Position numbers and translations under genes: made by a program. Shown here piece by piece: positions 17,743 through 26,866 of a stretch of 64,000 nucleotides of DNA (the stretch's first letter is position 1; every line of letters begins with the position of its first letter). Under the pieces are notes generated by a model. The model searched no databases. It was given only the letters and a program-made list of their open reading frames with translations, and was not told the origin of the DNA. This stretch comes from Actinomycetes bacterium (GTDB lineage Bacteria > Actinomycetota > Thermoleophilia > UBA2241), in NCBI GenBank assembly GCA_029547745.1, contig JAKPOQ010000033.1, positions 59,129-123,128 on the forward strand. The letters are read 5' to 3'.

Positions 17743-18914
17743 CAGGACCCGGCCTCCGCGCCGGTCGCCGCCCGCGCCCAGGCCGGCGCGCGAGGCGGGC
17801 TGGCCTGCGGTCCCGCCTCGCGCGCCGGCACCGAGGCGCGCAGCAAGAGGTCGTCGCCTACGGTCTCCCAGGTAACGTCCGTCACGCGCAGGGCGTCGGC
17901 CAGGCTGGTGACGGCGGGCGCCGCCAGCAAGTCGGGCGCGCCGCGCCCGACGAGCAGCGGCGCCACGAAGACGGCCAGCCTGTCCACCAGTCTCTCGGCC
18001 AGCAGGGACGCCGTCAGGCCCGGCCCGCCCTCGCAGAGGATGTCCAGCAGACCGCGGTCGGCGAGGGCGCGCAAGCCCGTGCGCAACCCGCCCGCGCCCA
18101 TGGTCACGACCTCCGCGCCCTTGGCCTCGAGGGCGCGGCCGACGGCCGCGTCGACGTCGCGGACCAGCACGATGGTGCGTACGGCGGCCGCGGTCGCCAG
18201 CAACCTGCAGTCGTCGGGTAGGTCCCCTGCGCTCGACACGATGACGCGCGCCGGGTCGCGCCCCTGGACGAGACGGACGGTCAACTCGGGGTCGTCGCGG
18301 CGCACGGTGCCGGCGCCGACCATGACCGCGTCGGCGACGGCGCGCATCGCGTGCCCCCGGCGGCGACTCTCGACGCCAGAGATCCAGCGCCCGTCGCCGC
18401 CCGCGGCGGCGACCTTGCCGTCGAGGCTCACCGCAGCCTTGCAAGTGACGAGCGGCAGCCCGCTCGTCACGGCCTTCACGAAGGCGGCGTTCTGGACGCG
18501 GGCGCGCCCCTCCCAGCGACCGCAGCCGCTGTCGACGCTCACGCCGGCGGCGCAGAGGCGCTCCAGCCCGCGCCCGTCGACGAGCGGGTTGGGGTCGCGC
18601 ATGGCGACCACCGCCCGCGTCACGCCCGCCGCCACGAGGGCGTCGGCGCAGGGCGGCGTGCGCCCCTGATGGGCGCAGGGCTCGAGCGTACAGTAGAGTG
18701 TCGCCCCGCGAGACGCGTCGCCGGCCTCACGCAGGGCGGCCGCCTCGGCATGGGGTCCACCCGGCGCCGGGTGCCACCCCCGGCCGACGACACGGCCGTC
18801 CTTGACGAGCAGCGCCCCGACGAGCGGGTTCGGGTGCGTCGCGCCACGACCGTTCTCGGCCAGACGGAAGGCCTCGTCCATGAAGCGGTCGTCGTCGCGA
18901 CGTCCCTCGTCCAT
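17742..18914 (-). CDS. ribD: Bifunctional riboflavin biosynthesis deaminase/reductase RibD
   Basis: CMP/dCMP-type deaminase zinc motif (HAE...[11 protein letters not shown]) plus the RibD C-terminal reductase domain; AAGGAGG Shine-Dalgarno 10 nt upstream of ATG 18914. Confidence 0.9.
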   Translation of the reverse strand: MDEGRRDDDRFMDEAFRLAENGRGATHPNPLVGALLVKDGRVVGRGWHPAPGGPHAEAAALREAGDASRGATLYCTLEPCAHQGRTPPCADALVAAGVTRAVVAMRDPNPLVDGRGLERLCAAGVSVDSGCGRWEGRARVQNAAFVKAVTSGLPLVTCKAAVSLDGKVAAAGGDGRWISGVESRRRGHAMRAVADAVMVGAGTVRRDDPELTVRLVQGRDPARVIVSSAGDLPDDCRLLATAAAVRTIVLVRDVDAAVGRALEAKGAEVVTMGAGGLRTGLRALADRGLLDILCEGGPGLTASLLAERLVDRLAVFVAPLLVGRGAPDLLAAPAVTSLADALRVTDVTWETVGDDLLLRASVPAREAGPQASPPRAPAWARAATGAEAGS

Positions 18915-18994
18915 CGGCCTGCGTCCTCCTTAACGCACGACGCCCCGAAGCAGGCGGCTTCGGGGCGCTCGACGACGGTACGCTACGTCGCGTG

Positions 18995-19112
18995 TGGTCT
19001 TCTTCCATCCGGACTCTGACCGTCGGCCCAGGAGTTCCACCTGGTCAACCTCTTGCGAGGCTCGCGGGCTCTCACCGCCGGTGGGGACTTCCACCCCGCC
19101 CTGAAGCCACTC
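18995..19112 (-). promoter_or_regulatory. FMN riboswitch (RFN element) in the ribDE(BA)H leader
   Basis: The minus-strand RNA reads AGGGCGGGGUGGAAGUCCCCACCGGCGGUGAGAGCCCGCGA...GGUGGAACUCCUGGGCCGACGGUCAGAGUCCGGAUGGAAGAAGAC, matching the conserved FMN aptamer blocks. A TATACT -10 box sits at 19129-19134 and a 9-bp GC hairpin (GCCCCGAAG...CUUCGGGGC) lies between the aptamer and the Shine-Dalgarno sequence. Confidence 0.88.
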
Positions 19113-19233
19113 TGTCTCTTCTGGACCTAGTATACGGGCAGCCGGGCGCGCCCTCAAGCGCGGGGACCCGTCCGGGACATCGACGCGCGCCGCAGACGGC
19201 AGAGCGCAGGGCTTGCAGCATCCGGTCACCGAC

Positions 19234-19322
19234 GTTCAGGCCTGGGCGCGCCGTCCGGCTTTCTCGCGCCAGCCAGGCTGCGGCGCCGGTCAGGCCTGGG
19301 TGCCGGTCAGGCCTCGCCGGCC
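19234..19322. repeat. Cluster of GGTCAGGCCTGGG-type repeats containing the palindrome CAGGCCTG; one copy includes the rpe stop codon
   Basis: gttcaggcctgggcg at 19234, ccggtcaggcctgggtg at 19287 and ccggtcaggcctcgccgg at 19304; the TCA (stop) of rpe lies inside the last copy. Confidence 0.7.
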
Positions 19323-19984
19323 GCCGCCGCGAGCTCGCGGAAGCGAGCTGCGGGGTCGCGACCGTCGAAGACGCCGGACCCCGCGACGAGCAGGTTCGCG
19401 CCGGCGGCAACCAGGTCTGCGGCGTTGGCGGCGCTCACGCCGCCGTCGACCTCGAGGGCCACGGACGGCGGCAGCATCGCGCGGGCGCGGCGCAGCTTGT
19501 CGAGCGACGACGGGATGAAGCGCTGACCGCCGAAGCCGGGGTCGACGGACATCACGAGCACGAGGTCGCAGTGGTGGCGCGCCTCAGCGAGCGTCTCGAC
19601 CGGAGTGGCCGGGTTGACCGACACCCCTGCCGCCGCCCCCGCATCACGGATGGCGGCCAACGTGCGGTGGAGGTGCGGGCTCGCCTCCTGGTGCACGGTC
19701 ACGATGTCGGCGCCGGCGGCGACGAACTCCTGGACGTAGCGTTCCGGGCGCTCGATCATGAGATGGACGTCCACGAGCGCCCCGGCGCCGTGCGCCAGCG
19801 GAGCGACGGCGGCGGTGACCGCCGGCCCGATGGTGATGTTGGGCACGAAGTGCCCGTCCATCACGTCGACGTGCACGACGCGCGCCCCCGCCGCGAGGAC
19901 GGCCTCGACGTCGGCGCCGAGACGGACGAAGTCGGCGGAAAGGATCGACGGGGCGACATGGGTCTCGTGCAGCGTCTCGGACAT
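19307..19984 (-). CDS. rpe: Ribulose-phosphate 3-epimerase
   Basis: 225 aa with APSILSADF, HVDVMDGHFVPN and the C-terminal GxGG motifs; GGAGGTG Shine-Dalgarno. Confidence 0.92.
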   Translation of the reverse strand: MSETLHETHVAPSILSADFVRLGADVEAVLAAGARVVHVDVMDGHFVPNITIGPAVTAAVAPLAHGAGALVDVHLMIERPERYVQEFVAAGADIVTVHQEASPHLHRTLAAIRDAGAAAGVSVNPATPVETLAEARHHCDLVLVMSVDPGFGGQRFIPSSLDKLRRARAMLPPSVALEVDGGVSAANAADLVAAGANLLVAGSGVFDGRDPAARFRELAAAAGEA

Positions 19985-20049
19985 GCCTCACCTCCGGGCG
20001 GGCGACGCGGGCAACGCGCGTGCGGCCATTCTAGCCGAACGGGACGCAC

Positions 20050-20149
20050 GTCAGGCGCGCTGGACGCGAGCGCGGTCAGGCCTGCCGGACACCATGGCCG
20101 TCAGAGGCGCCGGACGCGAGGAGTGTCAGGCGCACTCGCGACGCAGGCG
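20050..20149. repeat. Four tandem, degenerate 25-bp repeats (GTCAGGCGCGCTGGACGCGAG...) spanning the rsmB stop and the rpe leader
   Basis: GTCAG(G/A) recurs at 20050, 20075, 20100 and 20125, an exact 25-bp period; the fourth unit carries the rsmB TGA stop. Confidence 0.75.
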
Positions 20150-21472
20150 GGCGACGAAGAAGCCGGTGCTGCCCCAGTCAGGGGGCAGAGCGAGAAGGAA
20201 GGCGCCGTTGGCCGGGTGCGCCGCACCCGGGACCTCGGCGCCGAGGTCGTCGAGGGCCCAGCCTCCGCCGCTGAGGAGACTGTCGACGACCTCCACCGTC
20301 TCGGCGCGCGTCACGGTGCAGACGGCGTAGACCAGCGCGCCGCCGGGGCGGACGCAGGCGGCGCCGACCGCGAGCAGGCGCCGCTGTTCGGCCGCCATGC
20401 GGGCGACGTCGCCCTCGCGCCGGCGCCAGCGCACGTCCGGACGAGTCCCCAAGGTACCGAGCCCAGTGCACGGGGCGTCGACAAGCGCGACGTCGAACGA
20501 CTTCGCACGCTCGGGCAAGAGGCTTCCCGCCTCGGCGCACACGACCTCGACGCCGTCGGCGCCGAGGCGGCGCAGATTCGCCCGCATCGCTTCGACGCGG
20601 CGTGGGTCGAGATCGACGGCCGTCACCCGCGCGCCGGGGTGCGCGGCAGCTACCTGTGCCGTCTTGATCCCGGGCGCCGCGCAGAGGTCGAGGATCGCGG
20701 GCGGAGCCGCCTCGGCGCCGGCGGCGATCTGCCCGACGAGCTGCGACCCGCGTGACTGCGGCGTCACGAGGCCGCCGGTGAACGGGCGCGAGCGCTCCAG
20801 GGGCGGGCCCTCGTAGAGCAGCGCGTCGGGCAGATCGCTCACCGGCGCCGTCGTGAAGCCGGCCGCGCGCAGGGCGCTCGTTGCCGCCGACATGTCGCCG
20901 CGCAATGGGTTGACGCGCAGACAGCGCTCCGGAGGACGGTCGGCGGCGGCGAGGAGCGCCGCCGCAGCCTCCGGGCCGAGGTCGGCTTCGAGGCGCGCGA
21001 CCAACCAGGTCGGACACGACCAGAGCAGGGCGCGCGCCTCAAGATCGCCCGCCGACGTCAGCGCGGCGAACCGCGCACGGCCCTCGCGCGCCACCGCGCG
21101 CAGGACCGCGTTCACAAAGCCGCGCGTCCGGCGCCCATGCGTCTGCACGAGCGCGACGCCGTCGTCGACGACGGCGTGCGCCGGCACGCGGTCGAGGAAG
21201 AGCAGTTGGTAGGCGCTCACGCGCAGCGCCTCGCGCACATCGGTCTCGATGCGCGTCGGCGGGGCCTCCGAGAAGGCGGCGATGACGGCGTCGAGGCTAC
21301 GGCGGCGTTTGACCGTGCCCATCACCAGCTCGGTAGCTAGGCGCCGGTCGCGCTCGTCGAGCGCGTCGAGCTCGGGCAGCGCCGCGCCGCGGTCGTCGAG
21401 AGCCTCCTGCCCGCCGGCGAGACGGACGAGGGCGCGCCAAGCGGCGCGGCGCGCCGGCGCCGGCCCGCTCAC
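20126..21472 (-). CDS. rsmB: 16S rRNA (cytosine967-C5)-methyltransferase RsmB/Sun
   Basis: 448 aa with an N-terminal NusB-like domain and a C-terminal SAM-dependent m5C methyltransferase (DLCAAPGIKT, DAPCTGLGT, PGGALVYAVCT). Confidence 0.9.
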   Translation of the reverse strand: MSGPAPARRAAWRALVRLAGGQEALDDRGAALPELDALDERDRRLATELVMGTVKRRRSLDAVIAAFSEAPPTRIETDVREALRVSAYQLLFLDRVPAHAVVDDGVALVQTHGRRTRGFVNAVLRAVAREGRARFAALTSAGDLEARALLWSCPTWLVARLEADLGPEAAAALLAAADRPPERCLRVNPLRGDMSAATSALRAAGFTTAPVSDLPDALLYEGPPLERSRPFTGGLVTPQSRGSQLVGQIAAGAEAAPPAILDLCAAPGIKTAQVAAAHPGARVTAVDLDPRRVEAMRANLRRLGADGVEVVCAEAGSLLPERAKSFDVALVDAPCTGLGTLGTRPDVRWRRREGDVARMAAEQRRLLAVGAACVRPGGALVYAVCTVTRAETVEVVDSLLSGGGWALDDLGAEVPGAAHPANGAFLLALPPDWGSTGFFVARLRRECA

Positions 21473-22362
21473 GGGCCGGCCAGGGCGCGCCCGGCGCCAC
21501 GCAGGAAGTCCGCCGCGCTCATGCGTCGACGCCCCTCCTGCTGCAGCTCAAGGACCTCGAGCCAGCCTTGCCCGGCGGCCATGACGAGCCGGTCTTGAGG
21601 CGCGCCCGGCGGCAGGCCTGCGCCTGCCCGGGCGTGCCAGATCGTCGTCCGCTTGCCGAGCAGCTCGGTGACGGCGCCGATGAGGGGCGAGAGGGCCCGC
21701 ACCTGGTCGACGATCTCGAGCGCCGGACGCCTCCAGTCGATGACCCGGTCCTCGGACGTGATCTTGGGTGCGTACGTCGCCGGTCCGCGTTGCTCGCGCC
21801 ACTCGACCGTGCCGTCTTCCATGGCGTCCAGGGTAACCAGCAGGCTCGCGATGGCAGCCGGGGCGAGGAGCTCGTACGCGCGACCGGCGTCCGCCTCTCG
21901 GGGGACAGTCACCCGCCGTTCGTCGGCGACGGGCCCTTCGTCGACGGCGGCCGTCATGCGCAGGACGGCGACGCCGAGCTCGGTCTCGCCGGCCATGAGG
22001 GCGCGCTCGACCGGCGCCGCGCCGCGCCAGCGCGGCAGCAACGAAGGGTGGACGACGAGGCACGGAAGGGCTTCGCGCAGGGGTGGACCGACGATCTGCC
22101 CGTAGGCGCAGGCGACGAAGACATCGGGCGCGAAGCCCAGCAGCGCGTCGACCGCCGCGGGCTCGTCCACGCGCGCCGGCTGCATCACGGGGACTCCTGC
22201 CGCCTCGGCGACGAGCTTGATCGCCGGCGGCTGCGGCGTGCCGTGCCTTCCGCGCGGGCGGTCGGGGTTGGTCACCAGCACGACGGGCGCGTGACGGCTG
22301 CCGAGCAGGCCGGCGAACACACGCTCGGCGAACGGTGCCGTGCCCGCGAAGGCCACACGCAT
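21469..22362 (-). CDS. fmt: Methionyl-tRNA formyltransferase
   Basis: 297 aa formyltransferase fold (MRVAFAGT..., HPSLLPRWRGAAPV); ATGA overlap with rsmB. Confidence 0.92.
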   Translation of the reverse strand: MRVAFAGTAPFAERVFAGLLGSRHAPVVLVTNPDRPRGRHGTPQPPAIKLVAEAAGVPVMQPARVDEPAAVDALLGFAPDVFVACAYGQIVGPPLREALPCLVVHPSLLPRWRGAAPVERALMAGETELGVAVLRMTAAVDEGPVADERRVTVPREADAGRAYELLAPAAIASLLVTLDAMEDGTVEWREQRGPATYAPKITSEDRVIDWRRPALEIVDQVRALSPLIGAVTELLGKRTTIWHARAGAGLPPGAPQDRLVMAAGQGWLEVLELQQEGRRRMSAADFLRGAGRALAGP

Positions 22363-22367
22363 GCTGC

Positions 22368-22934
22368 TCAGAGGCCCGCGCCCGTCGCCGACGAGGTCCC
22401 GTCGCGAAGGGCGCGCAGCGCGGCCGCTCGCGCCTCGCGTGTCGTACGATCGACGATGAGGACGCCGTCGAGGTGGTCCACCTCGTGCTGGATGACGCGA
22501 GCTTCCAGCCCCTCGGCCTCGAAGTCCACCGGCGCGCCGTGGGCGTCCCTGCCCTCGACGCGGATGCGCGTCACCCGTTCGACCGGCATCGTGACTCCGG
22601 GCACGCTGAGGCAGCCCTCGTCGCCTGTCTCGCGTTCGTCGGTGAGCATCGTCAGCACGGGGTTCACGAGCGTGCGCGGGTCGTCGTCGACGTCGTACAC
22701 GACGAGTCGCTCCACGACACCGACCTGCGGCGCCGCGAGACCGACGCCCGGGGCGTCGTGCATGATGCGGATCATCCTCTTGGCCAGCTTGCGCAAGCCG
22801 CGGTCGAAGACCGCGACCTCGCGCGCGCGTTCGCGCAACACCGGATCGCCGATGACGCGGATCTCGCTTTGGGCCTCGCGGCGGGCGCGATCCTGCCTCG
22901 TCTCGCGCGTGCGGGTCTCACCTGGTGCGCTCAT
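22368..22934 (-). CDS. def: Peptide deformylase
   Basis: GVGLAAPQVG, EGCLSVPG and QHEVDHLDG motifs; start at MSAPGE (ATG 22934) with GAGG upstream; the longer alternative start at 23042 is unlikely. Confidence 0.9.
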   Translation of the reverse strand: MSAPGETRTRETRQDRARREAQSEIRVIGDPVLRERAREVAVFDRGLRKLAKRMIRIMHDAPGVGLAAPQVGVVERLVVYDVDDDPRTLVNPVLTMLTDERETGDEGCLSVPGVTMPVERVTRIRVEGRDAHGAPVDFEAEGLEARVIQHEVDHLDGVLIVDRTTREARAAALRALRDGTSSATGAGL

Positions 22935-22969
22935 GATGACCTCATGGTACCGATCGCCTCTCTCTGCTG

Positions 22970-25381
22970 CTACTGCGGGTCGACGTCGGCCACCAGCCGC
23001 GCGCCGCGCGCCGCGAACCGTGGCCGGTACCGTTCGAGCCACGGCCGCAGCACATCCAGTGTCTTCCCCATCTCGCCCGTCTTCACCAACACGCGCGCCA
23101 CGGAGCGACCGCGCTCGCGGTAGAGGGGGCCGGGCCCCAGGACCTGCGCCCGGCCTTCGGTCAGGGCCGCGACGCGCGCGGCCACGAAGGCGGCGCCCTG
23201 CTCCGCCTTGTCGCGCGCCGTCGACGACATCTCGAGCCCGATGAGCGAGGTCGCCGGCGGATAGCCGAGCGCCGTCCTTGCCGCGAGCTCCTCGGCGTAG
23301 AAGCGCTCTTGCTCGCCGCTCGCGGCGAGGGCGATGGGCCGCGCCTCCGGGCTCAACGTCTGCACGAGGACCCGGCCGCGACGCGGCCCGCGGCCGCTGC
23401 GCCCGCCCACCTGGACGAGCATGGCGAAGGTCCGCTCCTCAGCGCGGAAGTCCGGGAAGCGGAGCATCACGTCGGCGTCCACGACGCCGACGAGCGTGAC
23501 CTCGGGAAAGTGGTGGCCCTTGGCGATCATCTGCGTGCCGACGAGCACAGCGGGGCCTGGGCGCGCGAACGCGGCGAGGACGTCCTTGAGTCTTCGGTAT
23601 GAGCCGGCCACGTCCGAGTCGAGACGCAGGAGCTGGACGCCCGGCAGCAGGCCACGGACCTCGCGCTCGACGCGCTCGGTGCCGAAGCCGTGGCGCGAGA
23701 CGTCCGTGCTGCCGCACTCGGGACACTGCGACGGCGCCGGCTCATGGTAGCCACAGGTCCGGCAGCGCAGAGTGCCCGGGGCGCTTCCGAACAGCGTCAA
23801 GCTGACGTCGCACCGCGGGCAGTCCCAACTGTGGCCGCAGTGGCCACAGGCAAGGTAGCCGGCGTACCCGCGGCGGTTGTGGAACAGCATCGCCTTCTCC
23901 CCCCCGTCCACGGTCTCGGTCAAGGCCGCGGCCAGAGTCGGCGAGAAGACGCCGTGGACGTCGCGCATGTCGACGATCTCGAGGGGCGGCGGGGCTGAGC
24001 CGTCGACGCGCGTGGCGAGGTCGGCGTGGTGCGGCGTCGAGGCGTACGCCTCCACACTCGGCGTCGCCGATCCGAGCACGACGACCGCGCCGCACGTCTG
24101 CGCTCGCCAGCGCGCCACCGTGCGCGCGTCGTAGTGCGGTTCGTTGTCCTGCTTGTACGACGTGTCGTGCTCCTCGTCCACGATCACGAGACCGAGGTCG
24201 CACAGTGGCGCGAAGACCGCCGACCGGGCGCCGACGGCGAGGCGCACCTCACCGCCGGCCAGACTCCTGTAGGCCGCGAGACGCTCTCCGGCGGAGAGCC
24301 CCGAGTGGAGGACGGCGACGGCCGTGCCGGCGAAGCGCTCCCGGATGCGCGCCACCGTCTGGCCCGTGAGCCCGATCTCGGGCACCAGGAACAGCACCGA
24401 GCGGCCGCGAGCGAGGACGGCTTCGGCCGCTCGCAGATAGACCTCGGTCTTGCCGCTCCCCGTCACTCCGTGCAGGAGCACCTCGTCGCCAGGCCCGGCA
24501 TCCTCAAGGATCGTGCGCAGGGCGGCCGCCTGCTCGGGCAGCAGCTCCGGGCGTTCACCGCGGCGAGCGGAGGTCATCGCCGGCGCCGGAGCGCCTTCAG
24601 CGGCCGGCTGGCCGGCCCCTGTGAGGCCCTCCGCCGCTGCCGGCTCCAACGCCGCGCCGATCGACGACCCGCCCGGTCTCACCTCGCCGCTGACGTCGCG
24701 CAGAGCCCCGGTCGCCAGCAGACGCTCGAGGCCCACGGCGGAGAGCCCGGTGGCGGCGCGCAGGGCGCGCGCCTCGATGACGCCCACGCGGCTCACGGCG
24801 TCGAGGGCCGCCCGCTGCCGCGGTCCGAGGCGCGTCGCGCGGCCCTCGCCGGGGGCGAGCAGACGCGCATCGCCGCGCGCGCCCACCATGTGGACGCGCG
24901 CGGCGATGCGCAGCCATCCCTTGCGCCGGTATCGCTCGGCCAGGCGTCGCGCGTTCCCGCCCGGGAGCTTGAGACCGTCGAGACCCTCCAGCCCCGCCTC
25001 GCCCGCGGCGAGCGCCGCCCGCCCTGCCAACGTGAGTTCGTAACGACGAGCGACGGAGAGGGCGGACGTCGGCGGTACGACGAGAGAGAACGCGCTGCCG
25101 TACGACGTCAGGTAGTAGCGCCGCACCCGCTCCGCGACGTCGAGCAGATCGGGCGCGACGCGGGGCACGTCGAGGACGTCCGTCACCGCGCGGAGGGTGC
25201 CTTCGTGCAGGCTGTGCTCGCGGAGCTCGACGACGACGCCGATCACGGTCGTCGCGCCCAAAGGAACGGCGACGAGGTCTCCCTTCGAGACCTCGTCGCC
25301 GGACTCGGCCGGCACCGCGTAGTCGAACGGCGCGGCGAACGCCCGCGTGCGGACCAGCGGGACGACAGCCGCGACGCTCAC
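22970..25381 (-). CDS. priA: Primosomal protein N' (replication restart helicase PriA)
   Basis: N-terminal 3'-DNA-binding domain (AAPFDYAVP), helicase core (GVTGSGKTEVY, DEEHD), Cys-rich zinc-binding region and C-terminal domain; GTG start at 25381 with a GGCGGAG Shine-Dalgarno. The upstream S/R/T-rich extension in the track is treated as non-coding. Confidence 0.88.
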   Translation of the reverse strand: MSVAAVVPLVRTRAFAAPFDYAVPAESGDEVSKGDLVAVPLGATTVIGVVVELREHSLHEGTLRAVTDVLDVPRVAPDLLDVAERVRRYYLTSYGSAFSLVVPPTSALSVARRYELTLAGRAALAAGEAGLEGLDGLKLPGGNARRLAERYRRKGWLRIAARVHMVGARGDARLLAPGEGRATRLGPRQRAALDAVSRVGVIEARALRAATGLSAVGLERLLATGALRDVSGEVRPGGSSIGAALEPAAAEGLTGAGQPAAEGAPAPAMTSARRGERPELLPEQAAALRTILEDAGPGDEVLLHGVTGSGKTEVYLRAAEAVLARGRSVLFLVPEIGLTGQTVARIRERFAGTAVAVLHSGLSAGERLAAYRSLAGGEVRLAVGARSAVFAPLCDLGLVIVDEEHDTSYKQDNEPHYDARTVARWRAQTCGAVVVLGSATPSVEAYASTPHHADLATRVDGSAPPPLEIVDMRDVHGVFSPTLAAALTETVDGGEKAMLFHNRRGYAGYLACGHCGHSWDCPRCDVSLTLFGSAPGTLRCRTCGYHEPAPSQCPECGSTDVSRHGFGTERVEREVRGLLPGVQLLRLDSDVAGSYRRLKDVLAAFARPGPAVLVGTQMIAKGHHFPEVTLVGVVDADVMLRFPDFRAEERTFAMLVQVGGRSGRGPRRGRVLVQTLSPEARPIALAASGEQERFYAEELAARTALGYPPATSLIGLEMSSTARDKAEQGAAFVAARVAALTEGRAQVLGPGPLYRERGRSVARVLVKTGEMGKTLDVLRPWLERYRPRFAARGARLVADVDPQ

Positions 25382-25412
25382 GCGGTCTCCGCCGCGGGTA
25401 GTACGCGCCGGC

Positions 25413-26630
25413 TCAGGCCTTCGCCAGGCCGGCGGCGGCGCGCAGCGCCTCCGCCTTGTCGGTGCGCTCCCACGTGAAGTCGTGGTCGTGACGGCCGAAG
25501 TGGCCGTAGGCCGCCGTCTTGCGGTAGATGGGCCGCCGCAGGTCGAGGTCGCGGATAATCGCCGCCGGCCGCAGGTCGAAGTGTTCGCGGATGAGCTTCT
25601 CGATGGTCGCCAGGTCGACCTTCTCGGTGCCCTGGCAGTCGACCATGAGCGAGACGGGATGAGCGACACCGATGGCGTACGCGACCTGCAGCTCGCAGCG
25701 GTCGGCGAGGCCGGCGGCGACGACGTTCTTGGCCACGTACCGCGCGGCATAAGCGCCCGACCGGTCGACTTTGCTCGGATCCTTGCCCGAGAAACACCCG
25801 CCGCCGTGTCGGGCGGCGCCGCCATAGGTATCGACGATCACCTTGCGCCCGGTAAGGCCGGCGTCGCCCATCGGCCCGCCGACCACGAACTTGCCCGTCG
25901 CATTGACGACCACGAGCTGGTCGAGGCTGGTGGGGTCATAGAGGTGTTTGGGCAGGATCGGCTCGACCACGTGCTCGATCAGATCGGGGCGGATCACGCT
26001 CTCTACGTCGGCCGTGTCCGAATGCTGGGCCGCGAGGACGACCTTGACGATCTCTACGGGGCGGCCGTTCTCGTAGCGCACCGAGACCTGCGACTTACCG
26101 TCCGGGCGCAGGTAGGGCAGCATGCCGGCTTTGCGCACGTCGGCGAGTCGCCGGGCGAGCTGGTGCGCGAGCGAGATCGGCAACGGCATGAGCTCGCGCG
26201 TCTCGTTGCAGGCGAAGCCGAACATCATCCCCTGGTCGCCGGCGCCCTGTAGGTCGAGGCTGTCCTCGTCGTCGGCGTCGGTCCGCACCTCGAGGGACTG
26301 CGACACGCCCTGGCTGATGTCGGGCGACTGTTCGTCGACCGCGACCATCACGCCACAGGTCTCGTAGTCGAACCCGAACCGCGCTTCCGTGTATCCGACG
26401 TCCTTGACCGTCTCACGGACGATCTTGGGGATGTCGACGTAGGTCTCGGTCGAGATCTCGCCGGCAACGAGGGCGAAGCCGGTGTTGACAAGCGTCTCGC
26501 AGGCGACGCGCGAGAACGGATCCTCGGCGATGATGGCGTCGAGGATCGCGTCTGAGATCTGGTCCGCGAGCTTGTCGGGATGCCCCTCGGTCACCGACTC
26601 CGAGGTGAACAGGAAGTTGTTGGCGTCCAC
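25413..26630 (-). CDS. metK: S-adenosylmethionine synthetase
   Basis: [27 protein letters not shown]..., [16 protein letters not shown]; GTG start at 26630 with AGGAGG 4 nt upstream. Confidence 0.94.
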   Translation of the reverse strand: MDANNFLFTSESVTEGHPDKLADQISDAILDAIIAEDPFSRVACETLVNTGFALVAGEISTETYVDIPKIVRETVKDVGYTEARFGFDYETCGVMVAVDEQSPDISQGVSQSLEVRTDADDEDSLDLQGAGDQGMMFGFACNETRELMPLPISLAHQLARRLADVRKAGMLPYLRPDGKSQVSVRYENGRPVEIVKVVLAAQHSDTADVESVIRPDLIEHVVEPILPKHLYDPTSLDQLVVVNATGKFVVGGPMGDAGLTGRKVIVDTYGGAARHGGGCFSGKDPSKVDRSGAYAARYVAKNVVAAGLADRCELQVAYAIGVAHPVSLMVDCQGTEKVDLATIEKLIREHFDLRPAAIIRDLDLRRPIYRKTAAYGHFGRHDHDFTWERTDKAEALRAAAGLAKA

Positions 26631-26866
26631 CGTACCTCCTCGCAGGGAGCGTCCGGCGGGTCTCGGGCCGGCGCATCCGGGATGGCTTGCTGAAGACGGC
26701 GCGGCCTGACAGCCGAGGGCTCGAGAGCAGGAGACTCCGCGCGCCGCGCAGTCGGCGCGAGTCTACCAGACGCTGCCGGCGACGTTCAACGGAGCCCGCA
26801 GGGCGCGCGAACATCGCGGGGCGCGACGAAACCTAGAGGAGCACGGGTACCGCGCCCCGCGCTCAG

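Noticed and set aside
20050-20149. Possible CRISPR array suggested by regularly spaced repeats
   Set aside because: The units are 25 bp, contiguous without unique spacers, degenerate, and there are no cas genes nearby. It is a simple tandem repeat.
26631-26866. SAM-IV or SAM-II riboswitch upstream of metK
   Set aside because: I could not find the conserved SAM-IV or SAM-II core sequences by eye. It is kept only as a low-confidence finding that needs a covariance-model search.
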